A DNA stretch of 64,000 bases. Source: a virus. Position numbers and translations under genes: made by a program. The DNA lies in the IMG/VR virus record IMGVR_UViG_3300036761_001135, positions 64,001 to 128,000 of that record, one strand, 5' to 3'. A model generated the notes under the pieces. The model ran no database searches. It saw nothing but the letters and a program-made list of their open reading frames with translations, and had not been told where the DNA came from. Below, piece by piece: positions 18,720 to 27,158 of this stretch (within the stretch, counting starts at the first letter, position 1; the number at the start of each line of letters is the position of its first letter).

Positions 18720-19157
18720 ATGGATGAACGGGCACAGGTTGCGGCGGGTCTCTTGGATCGCGTGCGGGCGATGCTGCGGGAGCGTCGCCTGACGGCTAAG
18801 GAGGCCCCACAGCCGCGCCCGAGCCAGGGGGCTGCTCGTGCTACGGCTCGCTTATGGGCGCCGCTTCTGGGGACGAACAAGCGCCCTGTGGGGGAGGTGC
18901 GCGTGGTGGTCATCGTGCCGAACGATCCGGCGGAGGCGGCGGACGTGCATGTGCGGTGGTCGCGGGCGGGCTTTGGGTTCTGGTACGTGAAGACGGCGGA
19001 CGTGGGGGTGGTGGGGGAGGCCGAGGACGCGGACCTCGCAGCGGTGGAGATGATCCTGACGGCGGTGGGCTGGACGGCGTCGGGATCGGTCCCGTTGCGG
19101 TCGATGAATATGATGTTCCCCAAGGTGCGCCGGAGCGTGAGCGACGTAGCGCGATAA
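18720..19157 (+). CDS. Hypothetical protein
   Basis: 145-aa ORF in the operon. Confidence 0.6.
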   Translation: MDERAQVAAGLLDRVRAMLRERRLTAKEAPQPRPSQGAARATARLWAPLLGTNKRPVGEVRVVVIVPNDPAEAADVHVRWSRAGFGFWYVKTADVGVVGEAEDADLAAVEMILTAVGWTASGSVPLRSMNMMFPKVRRSVSDVAR

Positions 19158-19167
19158 GGAGTGAGCC

Positions 19168-19623
19168 ATGGCAACGATGCGAACATTGGTGAAGGACATG
19201 AGGGCGCTGGTCGAGGGCGGCGTGGTAGAGGAACGTGGCCACATGGGCCTGTCCGAGGGACGGATCGACGAGGCCAGCATCTACTCCAAGGGTTCGTGGA
19301 TGATGTACGAGCAGCAGGCGCAGGAGATGTTTCTGAAGGCTGCGATTCCAGGAATCGAGAAGCTTGCGGGTAGCAAGGGAGACGTCAAGGTGGAGGTGTC
19401 TGGTTCCACCGTGATGTTAACCTACGATGGTGAAGACGCCAGCGATTTCTCACTGGAGTTCACGGCCTACATGAGAATCAACGAGCGAACTGTCGATATA
19501 GGCGCGACGGTCGTGAGCGCACAGGTAAAGGGCCAGAAGTTGCCCATGAAGACGATCCAGAAGGGCGACGTCACGCCACAGGATGTGGTTAATATGTTTG
19601 CGGACGTGTTCGGAAGACATTGA
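19168..19623 (+). CDS. Hypothetical protein; leader array member
   Basis: MATMRTLVKDMRALVEG start; AAGGAG SD. Confidence 0.75.
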   Translation: MATMRTLVKDMRALVEGGVVEERGHMGLSEGRIDEASIYSKGSWMMYEQQAQEMFLKAAIPGIEKLAGSKGDVKVEVSGSTVMLTYDGEDASDFSLEFTAYMRINERTVDIGATVVSAQVKGQKLPMKTIQKGDVTPQDVVNMFADVFGRH

Positions 19624-19665
19624 TATATTGTTAAATTCGGCGATTGAACTGTGAAAGAGTGAATC

Positions 19666-20250
19666 ATGGCAACGATGCGAACCTTATTCGAGGCGGTCGA
19701 GGAGCGGGAGTGGATCTTGGATCGTCCCTGGACGGTGGGGGCGTCGGCGTATCAGGCAGCCTTGAACGTCCATGAGCCGTGGGTCGCCGAGATCAGTCCG
19801 ATGCAGTACGCGCACATGAGCAAGAGTGCCAAGGCGCAGTACGACAAGAAGCGGGCGGGGGAGTGGGAGGCGTCGGCGGCGGCGAAGGACAAGTGGCGGC
19901 AGGCGGTGTTGCAGGCGTTTGCCGAGGGGAAGTTCCAGCGCAAGGACGCGGACGTACATCCTGACGCCGACATGGCGATCTTCCTGGCGCAGCAGGCGGC
20001 GGAGAAGGCGGTTGCGGCGGCGCAGGCCAAGGAGCGCGGACGGGAGAACGCCATTACGCGGGCCGACCAGGTGAAGGTGGGCGACACGGTCTGGGTGGTG
20101 CTCTCGGGCAGCTACCAGACGGTGACCAAGGTCTCGCAGAAGTCCGTGGTGTTGACGGGCAAGTTCGGGCCGATGAAGGTCACGATGTCGGAGAAGTCGC
20201 CGCAGTTGAACTGGAAGAGCTACAATGACCTGCACGGCAAGCAGGGATAG
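19666..20250 (+). CDS. Hypothetical protein; leader array member (possible C-terminal SH3-like barrel)
   Basis: MATMRTLFEA start; 'VKVGDTVWV..VTKVSQKSVVL'. Confidence 0.75.
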   Translation: MATMRTLFEAVEEREWILDRPWTVGASAYQAALNVHEPWVAEISPMQYAHMSKSAKAQYDKKRAGEWEASAAAKDKWRQAVLQAFAEGKFQRKDADVHPDADMAIFLAQQAAEKAVAAAQAKERGRENAITRADQVKVGDTVWVVLSGSYQTVTKVSQKSVVLTGKFGPMKVTMSEKSPQLNWKSYNDLHGKQG

Positions 20251-20259
20251 GATAGGAAC

Positions 20260-20670
20260 ATGACGATGAGAACCTTGATCGAGCAGATCGAGCGGGAGAT
20301 GGAAGAGGCGGGCGACCTGCCGGAACATCTTCAAAGCGAAGGTTTCGTCGGATGGGGCAACCTAGAGCAAGGGTTGCCAGTCATAGATCCCAGCCGTTTC
20401 AATACACTAGACAAGACCTATAAATTGCTAGACAAAACGATAAAACCACTTGAGAAACTACATCGAGAAATTGTAAAGGCTAAAGATGAGCTGAAAGATT
20501 ACAATCCAAAGGCATATCGTCATGGCGAAAGTGATACGTTGATGTATAATGCAATGTCGCATTTGTCATATCTTGGAGATGCGACAATGAAACATATAAG
20601 TCTAGTCTATGATGTCTTGATGATCTTGCATAAGGCTGGAGAGGCTGCGATGCCACAACCGAGGGATTGA
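20260..20670 (+). CDS. Hypothetical protein; leader array member
   Basis: MTMRTLIEQIEREMEEA start; GC-rich leader and AT-rich body. Confidence 0.75.
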   Translation: MTMRTLIEQIEREMEEAGDLPEHLQSEGFVGWGNLEQGLPVIDPSRFNTLDKTYKLLDKTIKPLEKLHREIVKAKDELKDYNPKAYRHGESDTLMYNAMSHLSYLGDATMKHISLVYDVLMILHKAGEAAMPQPRD

Positions 20671-20688
20671 GAAATACAGGAGAGAGCC

Positions 20689-20955
20689 ATGACGATGCGC
20701 GCCTTGATCGAGCAGTTGGAGCAGATGGCCATGTTGGAAGATGTGGCAAAGCTAGTACGCATGACATCGACGATTAGGATTGCTGTCGTCAAGGAAGGCC
20801 AGATTGTTGGCTGGTATCGAAGTATAAAAGTGGCGTCAAGACATGGCAAAGAGTTGTACTCAGTTTTGATTGATTCTCTGATTCCAGGGAAAGATCCTGA
20901 CAAGATTTCATCCTATGTAATCGCCAAGGATGTACCGGCTTGGGACCAAGATTGA
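20689..20955 (+). CDS. Hypothetical protein; leader array member
   Basis: MTMRALIEQLEQM start. Confidence 0.7.
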   Translation: MTMRALIEQLEQMAMLEDVAKLVRMTSTIRIAVVKEGQIVGWYRSIKVASRHGKELYSVLIDSLIPGKDPDKISSYVIAKDVPAWDQD

Positions 20956-20966
20956 GAGGTTAGGTG

Positions 20967-21383
20967 ATGACGATGCGCACCCTGATCGAGCGGTTTGAAG
21001 GGATCATGGAGGCCCGCAGTGCGAATGTCGCCATCAGGCAGATAGCGGAGTTGTCCATGGAAATTCGTGCGATCCCGCGTGTTCGATCCAACGAGATTGC
21101 GCTTGAGGACAGGAACACGGCGGAGGACGTCTATCGCAATGCCCGGCGGATCGCCGACCGAGTCTTTTCCGGTCTCCTGGACGTTGGGAACGACGAGCTT
21201 GCCCACGAAATTGAGGACATAGCTACCGACATGGATGCCGCTTACAAGGCGTTCGAGTCGGCGTGGATGAGGGTGCGAAAGGCTGGCACCACGGCATCGG
21301 ATCCATCTGCTGTGGTGGAGAGTTATGAGCGTCTACGGGGGCAGGTGGATCGTTTGAAGAAAGCCATTGGAGGGATCGGATGA
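20967..21383 (+). CDS. Hypothetical protein; leader array member
   Basis: MTMRTLIERFEGIMEA start. Confidence 0.75.
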   Translation: MTMRTLIERFEGIMEARSANVAIRQIAELSMEIRAIPRVRSNEIALEDRNTAEDVYRNARRIADRVFSGLLDVGNDELAHEIEDIATDMDAAYKAFESAWMRVRKAGTTASDPSAVVESYERLRGQVDRLKKAIGGIG

Positions 21384-21988
21384 GGCACTTGATCGAGCGA
21401 ATGGAACGGATCATGGAGGCCCGTGGCACGGAGGTGCTCGTGAAGGAGCTGCCGGACGTGCTGCGCAAGGCGTTGAAGGACGTTGGCTACCGGAGCCGGG
21501 ACATCGCCGTGGTGCCGCAGGCGCTGGTCAGCCTGAACCCCTACGCGGGGGACGGGGAGCGGGGCTTCGCGGTATTGGTGAACTTGTCCACGGGCGCGAC
21601 CAAGACGGTGCAGGGCGACTGGGGCGGGTACAGCCCGGTTGGGAAGCCCTCCATCGACCAGGATCGGGGCGAGCATCCGCTGCCAAGGGACGGCGTGGCC
21701 ATCGTGGGGTCGAGTGGCGGGCGGGGCACCTACGCGACGATTTACGTGCATCCAGACAGCGTGGTGCCGTTGCTGCCGGGGGACGTGGAGATGACGGACC
21801 GCGAGGCGGGCATCCTGCGGAGCATGGCGATGACGTCGAGCTATCGCAAGGAGCTGTTCGCGGACATGAAGGTGCAGACGAGCGAGGTAGACGCGCTGAT
21901 CGAGCGTGGCTGGATTGCACGGAACAAGGCCGGGGCGTTGAGTCTGACAACGGCGGGCAAGAACGCGGCGGCGTCTGCTCACAAGTGA
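21380..21988 (+). CDS. Hypothetical protein; leader array member
   Basis: MRHLIERMERIMEA start; the C-terminus may be a winged helix. Confidence 0.75.
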   Translation: MRHLIERMERIMEARGTEVLVKELPDVLRKALKDVGYRSRDIAVVPQALVSLNPYAGDGERGFAVLVNLSTGATKTVQGDWGGYSPVGKPSIDQDRGEHPLPRDGVAIVGSSGGRGTYATIYVHPDSVVPLLPGDVEMTDREAGILRSMAMTSSYRKELFADMKVQTSEVDALIERGWIARNKAGALSLTTAGKNAAASAHK

Positions 21989-22000
21989 AAGAGGTAAGAG

Positions 22001-22336
22001 ATGGCACGGAGCATGAAGAGTCTAATCGAGGGAATGCAGAAGATAATGGAGGCCCAGCTTCCCGGAGGGGATCATGGCCGACCAAGAAGAATTGTGAAGA
22101 TGGCAGCGGAACAGATGCAAAGCAGTGAAGGAAAAGATTGGTTACTGCGCGACGAAAGAGGAACATGGGAGAAAGAAGCTACTCGACTTATAGATCAAGT
22201 GAAGGAAAAGGCAGAACAGCACGGGTTGAGTGATTCCGATGTTGATGAGCAGATTGCAACATATTTGTCTATAATGGTTTTGCAGACTCTTATTAATGAT
22301 GCAAAGAAGGGATCAAGGAAAAGAGCAAAGAAGTGA
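22001..22336 (+). CDS. Hypothetical protein; leader array member
   Basis: MARSMKSLIEGMQKIMEA start; AT-rich body. Confidence 0.75.
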   Translation: MARSMKSLIEGMQKIMEAQLPGGDHGRPRRIVKMAAEQMQSSEGKDWLLRDERGTWEKEATRLIDQVKEKAEQHGLSDSDVDEQIATYLSIMVLQTLINDAKKGSRKRAKK

Positions 22337-22398
22337 ACTTTGGAATATGTCATGAAATTGGACAAGAACGCGGCTTCGGCTGCGCACGGACGGTGAGG

Positions 22399-23757
22399 AT
22401 GGACAGCATGGGTTCACTGATCTTGTTGGTGGAGCATCGCATGCTCACGGAAGAGACAATGGCCGTGACCCCGGCGTTGATTGCCAAGCTGCGTAAAGAC
22501 TTCCTCGTGCTCATGGGCAATGTGTCCAGGGTGGACACGGCAGAGAAGCTGACGACCTTCAGGTTGGGCGTGAAGACATTCAGCGATCTGCTAGAGCGCA
22601 TCATGATCACGGCCAACGAGTATCTGGTAGATGTGGCGCAGTTAGCAGAGTTGAAGTTTGACAATGCGTTGGCGTCGGATGCCCGTTACTTGGCGGACCA
22701 CATGAGCGATGCGTGGAAGCTGCACGAAGAGCTGATCGTGCCTGGACCGAGTTTGGAGTCCCTTGTTCGTGATGCTGCTGGGAATAGCTATCATCTTGGC
22801 ATGGTGAATGAGCGATACCTATCTCGCTTTACGAGTAAGGCGAAGAAGTGGGACAGCGCAGTACGGCGGGTGGCGCCCAAGGCATGGAAGTGGCTTGAGA
22901 GCGCGGCTACGACTGTTGCTAAGGGCGCGGCATATGGTGGACGAGGGGCGCTAAAGATTGATCGCGGCATTGGGACATTGCGTGAAATGGCTGGGTTCAA
23001 GGTGCGGTTGGACGGGTTCGTGGGGAGTGATTTCGAGGTAGAGGGAGTGCAGAAGTTCGAGCGTGGGTTGCAGTTATTCCGCCAGTTGGCGAGCGCTCGA
23101 TTTCCTGCGCTGCTGCGGAACACCACGCCGTTTGTGTTGGTTTTCTCTGGCGATCCTTCCGGTGGAAAAAATGCAGCGGGTTGGACTGCGCAAGCCATTT
23201 TCGTTTCCTCCGCTGGAATGCATAAGGACGCTAAGGGGATCGCACATTTGATGGCCCACGAGCTAGGGCACGGGATCTATCAAAACTACCTGAGTGGTGA
23301 GGCGCAGAACGCTTGGTTCTCGTTCATTAGAGGAAACACGGATCCGATAGATTTGCGGCAAGTTCTCAAGGACATTGGCGATGACGGGTGGATTCATGAG
23401 CCGAACGTCTACAAGTCCGACCCGATTCGGTGGTTGCAGGTTCGCGGGCTAGGTCAGGATAAGCGTTATCGGTTTGAGCGCGGCGAGGACATCCGTCGTT
23501 GGATCGAGGGTGGTGGCGACCCGGTGGTCCAGGTGACACGTCATCAGGTCACGGCCTATGCGAATACGAATCCCGAGGAGGCGTTTTGTGAGGCGCTGGG
23601 GATGCTTGTGGCCTATGGTCCGAAGACGGTGCTCCCAGAGGTGCGCCAGATGCTGGGCCTTTTACTGCCGCAGCTCAAGACCGAGAGCGTTGAGTTGGGC
23701 GCGTTATTGGTGCGGCTAGAATCGGTGGGCAACGCGGCAGTCGCTCACGGACAATGA
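22399..23757 (+). CDS. Zincin-like metallopeptidase domain protein; leader array member
   Basis: HExxH motif 'AHELGH' and a downstream 'YANTNPEEAFCEA'; likely start MDSMGSLI at 22399. Confidence 0.75.
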   Translation: MDSMGSLILLVEHRMLTEETMAVTPALIAKLRKDFLVLMGNVSRVDTAEKLTTFRLGVKTFSDLLERIMITANEYLVDVAQLAELKFDNALASDARYLADHMSDAWKLHEELIVPGPSLESLVRDAAGNSYHLGMVNERYLSRFTSKAKKWDSAVRRVAPKAWKWLESAATTVAKGAAYGGRGALKIDRGIGTLREMAGFKVRLDGFVGSDFEVEGVQKFERGLQLFRQLASARFPALLRNTTPFVLVFSGDPSGGKNAAGWTAQAIFVSSAGMHKDAKGIAHLMAHELGHGIYQNYLSGEAQNAWFSFIRGNTDPIDLRQVLKDIGDDGWIHEPNVYKSDPIRWLQVRGLGQDKRYRFERGEDIRRWIEGGGDPVVQVTRHQVTAYANTNPEEAFCEALGMLVAYGPKTVLPEVRQMLGLLLPQLKTESVELGALLVRLESVGNAAVAHGQ

Positions 23758-23805
23758 TCATGGATGGCGAAGCGGCGAATATTCAGCCGTAGAAAGGTGG
23801 ACTCG

Positions 23806-24213
23806 ATGGGACGGAACATGCGGAATCTGATCGATGATATGCAGTCGCTTTTGGAGCGGAGCGGCGTGAGTGCGTCTGTGCAGGTTGGCGAGCGGTACAT
23901 GACCTACACGAAGGAAGGCGACCGCCTTGTCTTCACGACATGGTCGTGGGTTTCCCCGTATTACGGGAAGGTTCCTGCGAAGGATGCGATCTATATCCAT
24001 ACAGAGGGTCGCACGCCAGACGATCTGGACACGCTGATTGATCGGCAGAAGAGTGTTTACGGTTCCAAGCCTGGGCTGAAGAGTTACGAGGGAAAAGAGG
24101 AAGAGTACCCGTACACGACGGGGCGCTACACGGGACCGGACATAGAAGACATCAAGCGCTTGAAGGGCACGACCGTGCGTTTGAGCGACGGGAAGCCCGA
24201 GCCAATCGCATAG
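23806..24213 (+). CDS. Hypothetical protein; leader array member
   Basis: MGRNMRNLIDDMQSLLE start after AAGGTGG. Confidence 0.7.
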   Translation: MGRNMRNLIDDMQSLLERSGVSASVQVGERYMTYTKEGDRLVFTTWSWVSPYYGKVPAKDAIYIHTEGRTPDDLDTLIDRQKSVYGSKPGLKSYEGKEEEYPYTTGRYTGPDIEDIKRLKGTTVRLSDGKPEPIA

Positions 24214-24214
24214 G

Positions 24215-24913
24215 ATGAACGACGGTAGGAAGACAGGAGGCCCCATGCAGCCCTCGAACAGCTTGATCGTGAATGGTGAGAAGGTGTCGCTGCCCAAAGC
24301 GGTGTTGGACCTGGGCGTGCGGGGCACCAACTACATCGACGATGAGGAGCCCTGCTTGCGCAACAAGCCGCGCACGGCGAAGGTTTCGCATCTTGTGCTT
24401 CACGAGACGGCTGGGAACAGCGCGACGGGGTGCAAGGACACGTTGCGTGAGAAGAAGCTCGGCGTGCATCTGATCTTGGGCAAGGATGGCCTGCTGTCGT
24501 GTCACGCGGACTTGGCGTTGGACATCTGTTTTCACGGAAACCAGCTCAATTCCACCTCTGTTGGGATCGAGGTTGTGAACGCCTATCGGCCGGAATTCGC
24601 AAGGAAGCCGTGCGGTCCTGTGTTGCCGGCGAATTGGTGGACGTGGGTGCCGCCTGGTCATGCGCGGACCTACCAGGCACCGCTTGGAATCCAGGTGGCG
24701 TGCATTCAAGCGCTGGTTCCTTGGCTGTGCGAATTGATGAAGATCCCATATGTGTTTCCGACGAAGAACTTTAACGCGAAGACACCCAAGATCTCGGGCT
24801 GGAAGGCTCCTCCATTGGGGTGGTACGCGAAGCCAGGACCGGGCGTTGTGGCGCATTCTGATTACAGTTCGCATAGTGACGGCCGTTACCTACTAGAGCA
24901 GTTGATCGTATGA
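24215..24913 (+). CDS. N-acetylmuramoyl-L-alanine amidase (Amidase_2), probable endolysin
   Basis: 'LVLHETAG', 'GVHLILGKDG', 'HGNQLNSTSVGIEVVN' and 'GVVAHSD' fit the Zn-amidase motifs; the start may be ATG 24245. Confidence 0.85.
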   Translation: MNDGRKTGGPMQPSNSLIVNGEKVSLPKAVLDLGVRGTNYIDDEEPCLRNKPRTAKVSHLVLHETAGNSATGCKDTLREKKLGVHLILGKDGLLSCHADLALDICFHGNQLNSTSVGIEVVNAYRPEFARKPCGPVLPANWWTWVPPGHARTYQAPLGIQVACIQALVPWLCELMKIPYVFPTKNFNAKTPKISGWKAPPLGWYAKPGPGVVAHSDYSSHSDGRYLLEQLIV

Positions 24914-24924
24914 AAGGGTCGCAC

Positions 24925-25269
24925 ATGGAAACCATGCTGAAGCTGTTCGAGGCGAGGGCCAATGCTGGCGAGCCAGTGGTTGCGGATTTTCGGAAGGCAT
25001 GGGGCGAGATGGAGGAGTGGGCGAGCCAGTTGGGGCGGGCATTGAACCGGGAGATCGGCGGGAAGGCGCGCTTCTTGGGAGGTGTTGGCGTGTCGAGAAC
25101 CGCGCTTGATACGGTGGAGATCTATGTGAATCTGGATACTCCTGGGGAGCGCGAGAAGGATGAGACGTTGCGGCAGGCCATGACCTGGCTGAAGCAGCAC
25201 ACGAAGAGCACCTGGGAGTTGAAGGAGCGCTATGGGAAGCCATCGTTGGTGGCCACATACGATCTCTGA
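24925..25269 (+). CDS. Hypothetical protein; leader array member
   Basis: METMLKLFEA start. Confidence 0.7.
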   Translation: METMLKLFEARANAGEPVVADFRKAWGEMEEWASQLGRALNREIGGKARFLGGVGVSRTALDTVEIYVNLDTPGEREKDETLRQAMTWLKQHTKSTWELKERYGKPSLVATYDL

Positions 25270-25278
25270 AGGGATGCG

Positions 25279-25620
25279 TTGAGAATGAATTCAAGCGACC
25301 GATTGCGTGCCTTGCTCGACGATTTGCCTCCGGCTCCCCGAAGGGTGGTGCTGTCCGAGGCTGACGAGCGGATAATGCGGTCGTTGCGGACGCAGGGCGA
25401 GCGTGCGGTACGCGGTCGGCTTGTGACGCGCTATCGGTTTGAGGCGGTGGAGAGGCCGCGTGGGATTTCGTTGGTTATGCGGATCGAGGGGCGGCATGCG
25501 ATGTCTGTGGCGCAGCAGCTTGCCAAGCGGTTTGGCATGGCGGAAGATATTGGGAATGCCGAGGTGACCCGCACCGAGCGGGGGGCCGTGTTGGAGCTGC
25601 GGCCACGGGAGACGCGATGA
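25279..25620 (+). CDS. Hypothetical protein
   Basis: 113-aa ORF; 'RLRALLDDL...LSEA' weakly resembles the leader. Confidence 0.6.
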   Translation: MRMNSSDRLRALLDDLPPAPRRVVLSEADERIMRSLRTQGERAVRGRLVTRYRFEAVERPRGISLVMRIEGRHAMSVAQQLAKRFGMAEDIGNAEVTRTERGAVLELRPRETR

Positions 25621-25781
25621 TTGTCGAGGTAAAGAAGATCCAGAGCACGAGGAAGGGTCGAAAATCTTCGGTTGATTTGCGGCGGTCTCGCACGTCGGGT
25701 ATTGTGCCGTTGCCGATATCCATGAGCACCAATGCGCCGTTGCCGGCGGTCCCAGCCACAGGCGGGCCATAGGAGAATCTG

Positions 25782-26117
25782 ATGAACGCGAAAATTTCCA
25801 AGATGAACACCATGCGGAAGATCATGCGCGAGGTTGAGCTGTCGAACGGCGGCGAACCGATGGGCGAGTCCGTGAACGCGGGGCTGATAGACCGCATGGC
25901 GAAGGCCATGTTGAACAGCCCGAAGCTGGACTCGCTGACGGGGCGCATCTTCGACACGGACCAGTTGGAGATGTTCCATGGGTTGATGTTGGAGCCCTTG
26001 CGGGCTCTGATTGCGAAGGCCCTGGACGTCGCCGGCGTGGAGGTTTCCGGTGGCGTGTTGGCCAAGGCAGGCAGGGAAATGAAGAGCGCAGCACGGGGCG
26101 ACATCGGCGTTGAGTAG
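25782..26117 (+). CDS. Hypothetical protein; leader array member
   Basis: Contains MNTMRKIMREVE near the N-terminus; AGGAG SD. Confidence 0.7.
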   Translation: MNAKISKMNTMRKIMREVELSNGGEPMGESVNAGLIDRMAKAMLNSPKLDSLTGRIFDTDQLEMFHGLMLEPLRALIAKALDVAGVEVSGGVLAKAGREMKSAARGDIGVE

Positions 26118-26133
26118 ACGCCTGGAGGAAACC

Positions 26134-26463
26134 ATGACGTTACGCAGGTTGGTTCATGACATGCGGCGTGCTCTGGACGAGGGAGCGCCGGAGTTTCGAT
26201 CCGGGCGCGCTGAAGTGGAGCGCTTGATCGACGCCATGCTGTCTGGGTCGCAGGTGTCGCCAAAGGCACAGGCGGTCATCGGCAAGGACGGCGACGTGAA
26301 CGCGCTTGTGGCAGAGCTGCGCCTAGCGCTGTACCCCATCGTCGTACACACCCTGCAAAAGCTCGGCGGTAAGGTGAGCGGGTCGAGCAACGTGAAGGCT
26401 GCCTTGCGCGGCCTGGCCCGGGAGGAGCGCGAGCACCCCCCGAGGCCCGCCGTGGAGCTGTAG
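26134..26463 (+). CDS. Hypothetical protein; last leader array member
   Basis: GGAGG SD; MTLRRLVHDMRRALDEG start; weak similarity to the preceding ORF ('LID.M..', 'VSG'). Confidence 0.7.
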   Translation: MTLRRLVHDMRRALDEGAPEFRSGRAEVERLIDAMLSGSQVSPKAQAVIGKDGDVNALVAELRLALYPIVVHTLQKLGGKVSGSSNVKAALRGLAREEREHPPRPAVEL

Positions 26464-26467
26464 GCGA

Positions 26468-26929
26468 CTAGGCGGTCTGGAGGGCAGCGTCGGCGGCGGC
26501 GGCGGTGACTTCGACCACTTCCCCTTTGAACTTGGCAGCGCCCGAGACTTTCGTCTTGGGCAGGCTGTTCTTGACATCCGCGAAGATGGCAGAGATGCGA
26601 CCTTGAGGGTCGTATTCTTCGACGAGCGCCTGGCGATTGGTCTTGTTGACCTTGGCGTCGCCGTTGACGGACTGCTTGGCGAGGTCGGAGATGATCTCGC
26701 AGGCGCGCTCGCGGGTGCATCCGCTCATCTTGAGCGCGATGATGAGGAACTCTTCGGAGAGAAGGCTCGAAGTGGAGGTCTTCTCGGTGTCAGGGGCGAT
26801 CTCCAGTGAGCCGACGATGTGGACGGTGACGTCCACGAGATGTTCGCCCGGGGTGAGGGCGGAGCGGGCGTCTTTGGCGTCCTTGTCTTTGACGGCCTTA
26901 CTGATGGCGATGATACTGGCGTTGTCCAT
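26468..26929 (-). CDS. Hypothetical protein (leftward, probably early)
   Basis: AGGAGG SD before MDNASII; own promoter. Confidence 0.8.
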   Translation of the reverse strand: MDNASIIAISKAVKDKDAKDARSALTPGEHLVDVTVHIVGSLEIAPDTEKTSTSSLLSEEFLIIALKMSGCTRERACEIISDLAKQSVNGDAKVNKTNRQALVEEYDPQGRISAIFADVKNSLPKTKVSGAAKFKGEVVEVTAAAADAALQTA

Positions 26930-26982
26930 ATGAGCCTCCTTGTGCGACCGAGCATCCGCGCCCGGCATCTTGCCTGTCTCTC

Positions 26983-27011
26983 AATCTAACCGCTCACATT
27001 TGGTTTGTCAA
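26983..27011 (-). promoter_or_regulatory. sigma70-type promoter (leftward)
   Basis: Minus strand TTGACA-17 nt-TAGATT. Confidence 0.75.
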
Positions 27012-27049
27012 CAACTGCGTTTGCGCTTTTTTGGAGAAAAGACTTCCAT

Positions 27050-27134
27050 GAAAACGGAATAGTTATTGGATATTCCTTGGGCGATATGCAAAATCCCGAG
27101 GTCGTCCAGAACAGACCGGATAAATATGCGGGAA
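27050..27134. repeat. Non-coding ~85-bp element, copy B
   Basis: Ungapped match to 2807-2891. Confidence 0.9.
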
Positions 27135-27138
27135 AAGG

Positions 27139-27158
27139 GGACGAACCCAGGTTCGTGT
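27139..27158. repeat. Palindromic repeat copy 5
   Basis: GGACGAACCCAGGTTCGTGT, abutting the stop of the minus-strand gene 27158-27451. Confidence 0.85.

Noticed and set aside
13919-26463. Integron cassette array
   Set aside because: No integrase in the window and no attC-like site after each gene; the shared element is inside the coding start.
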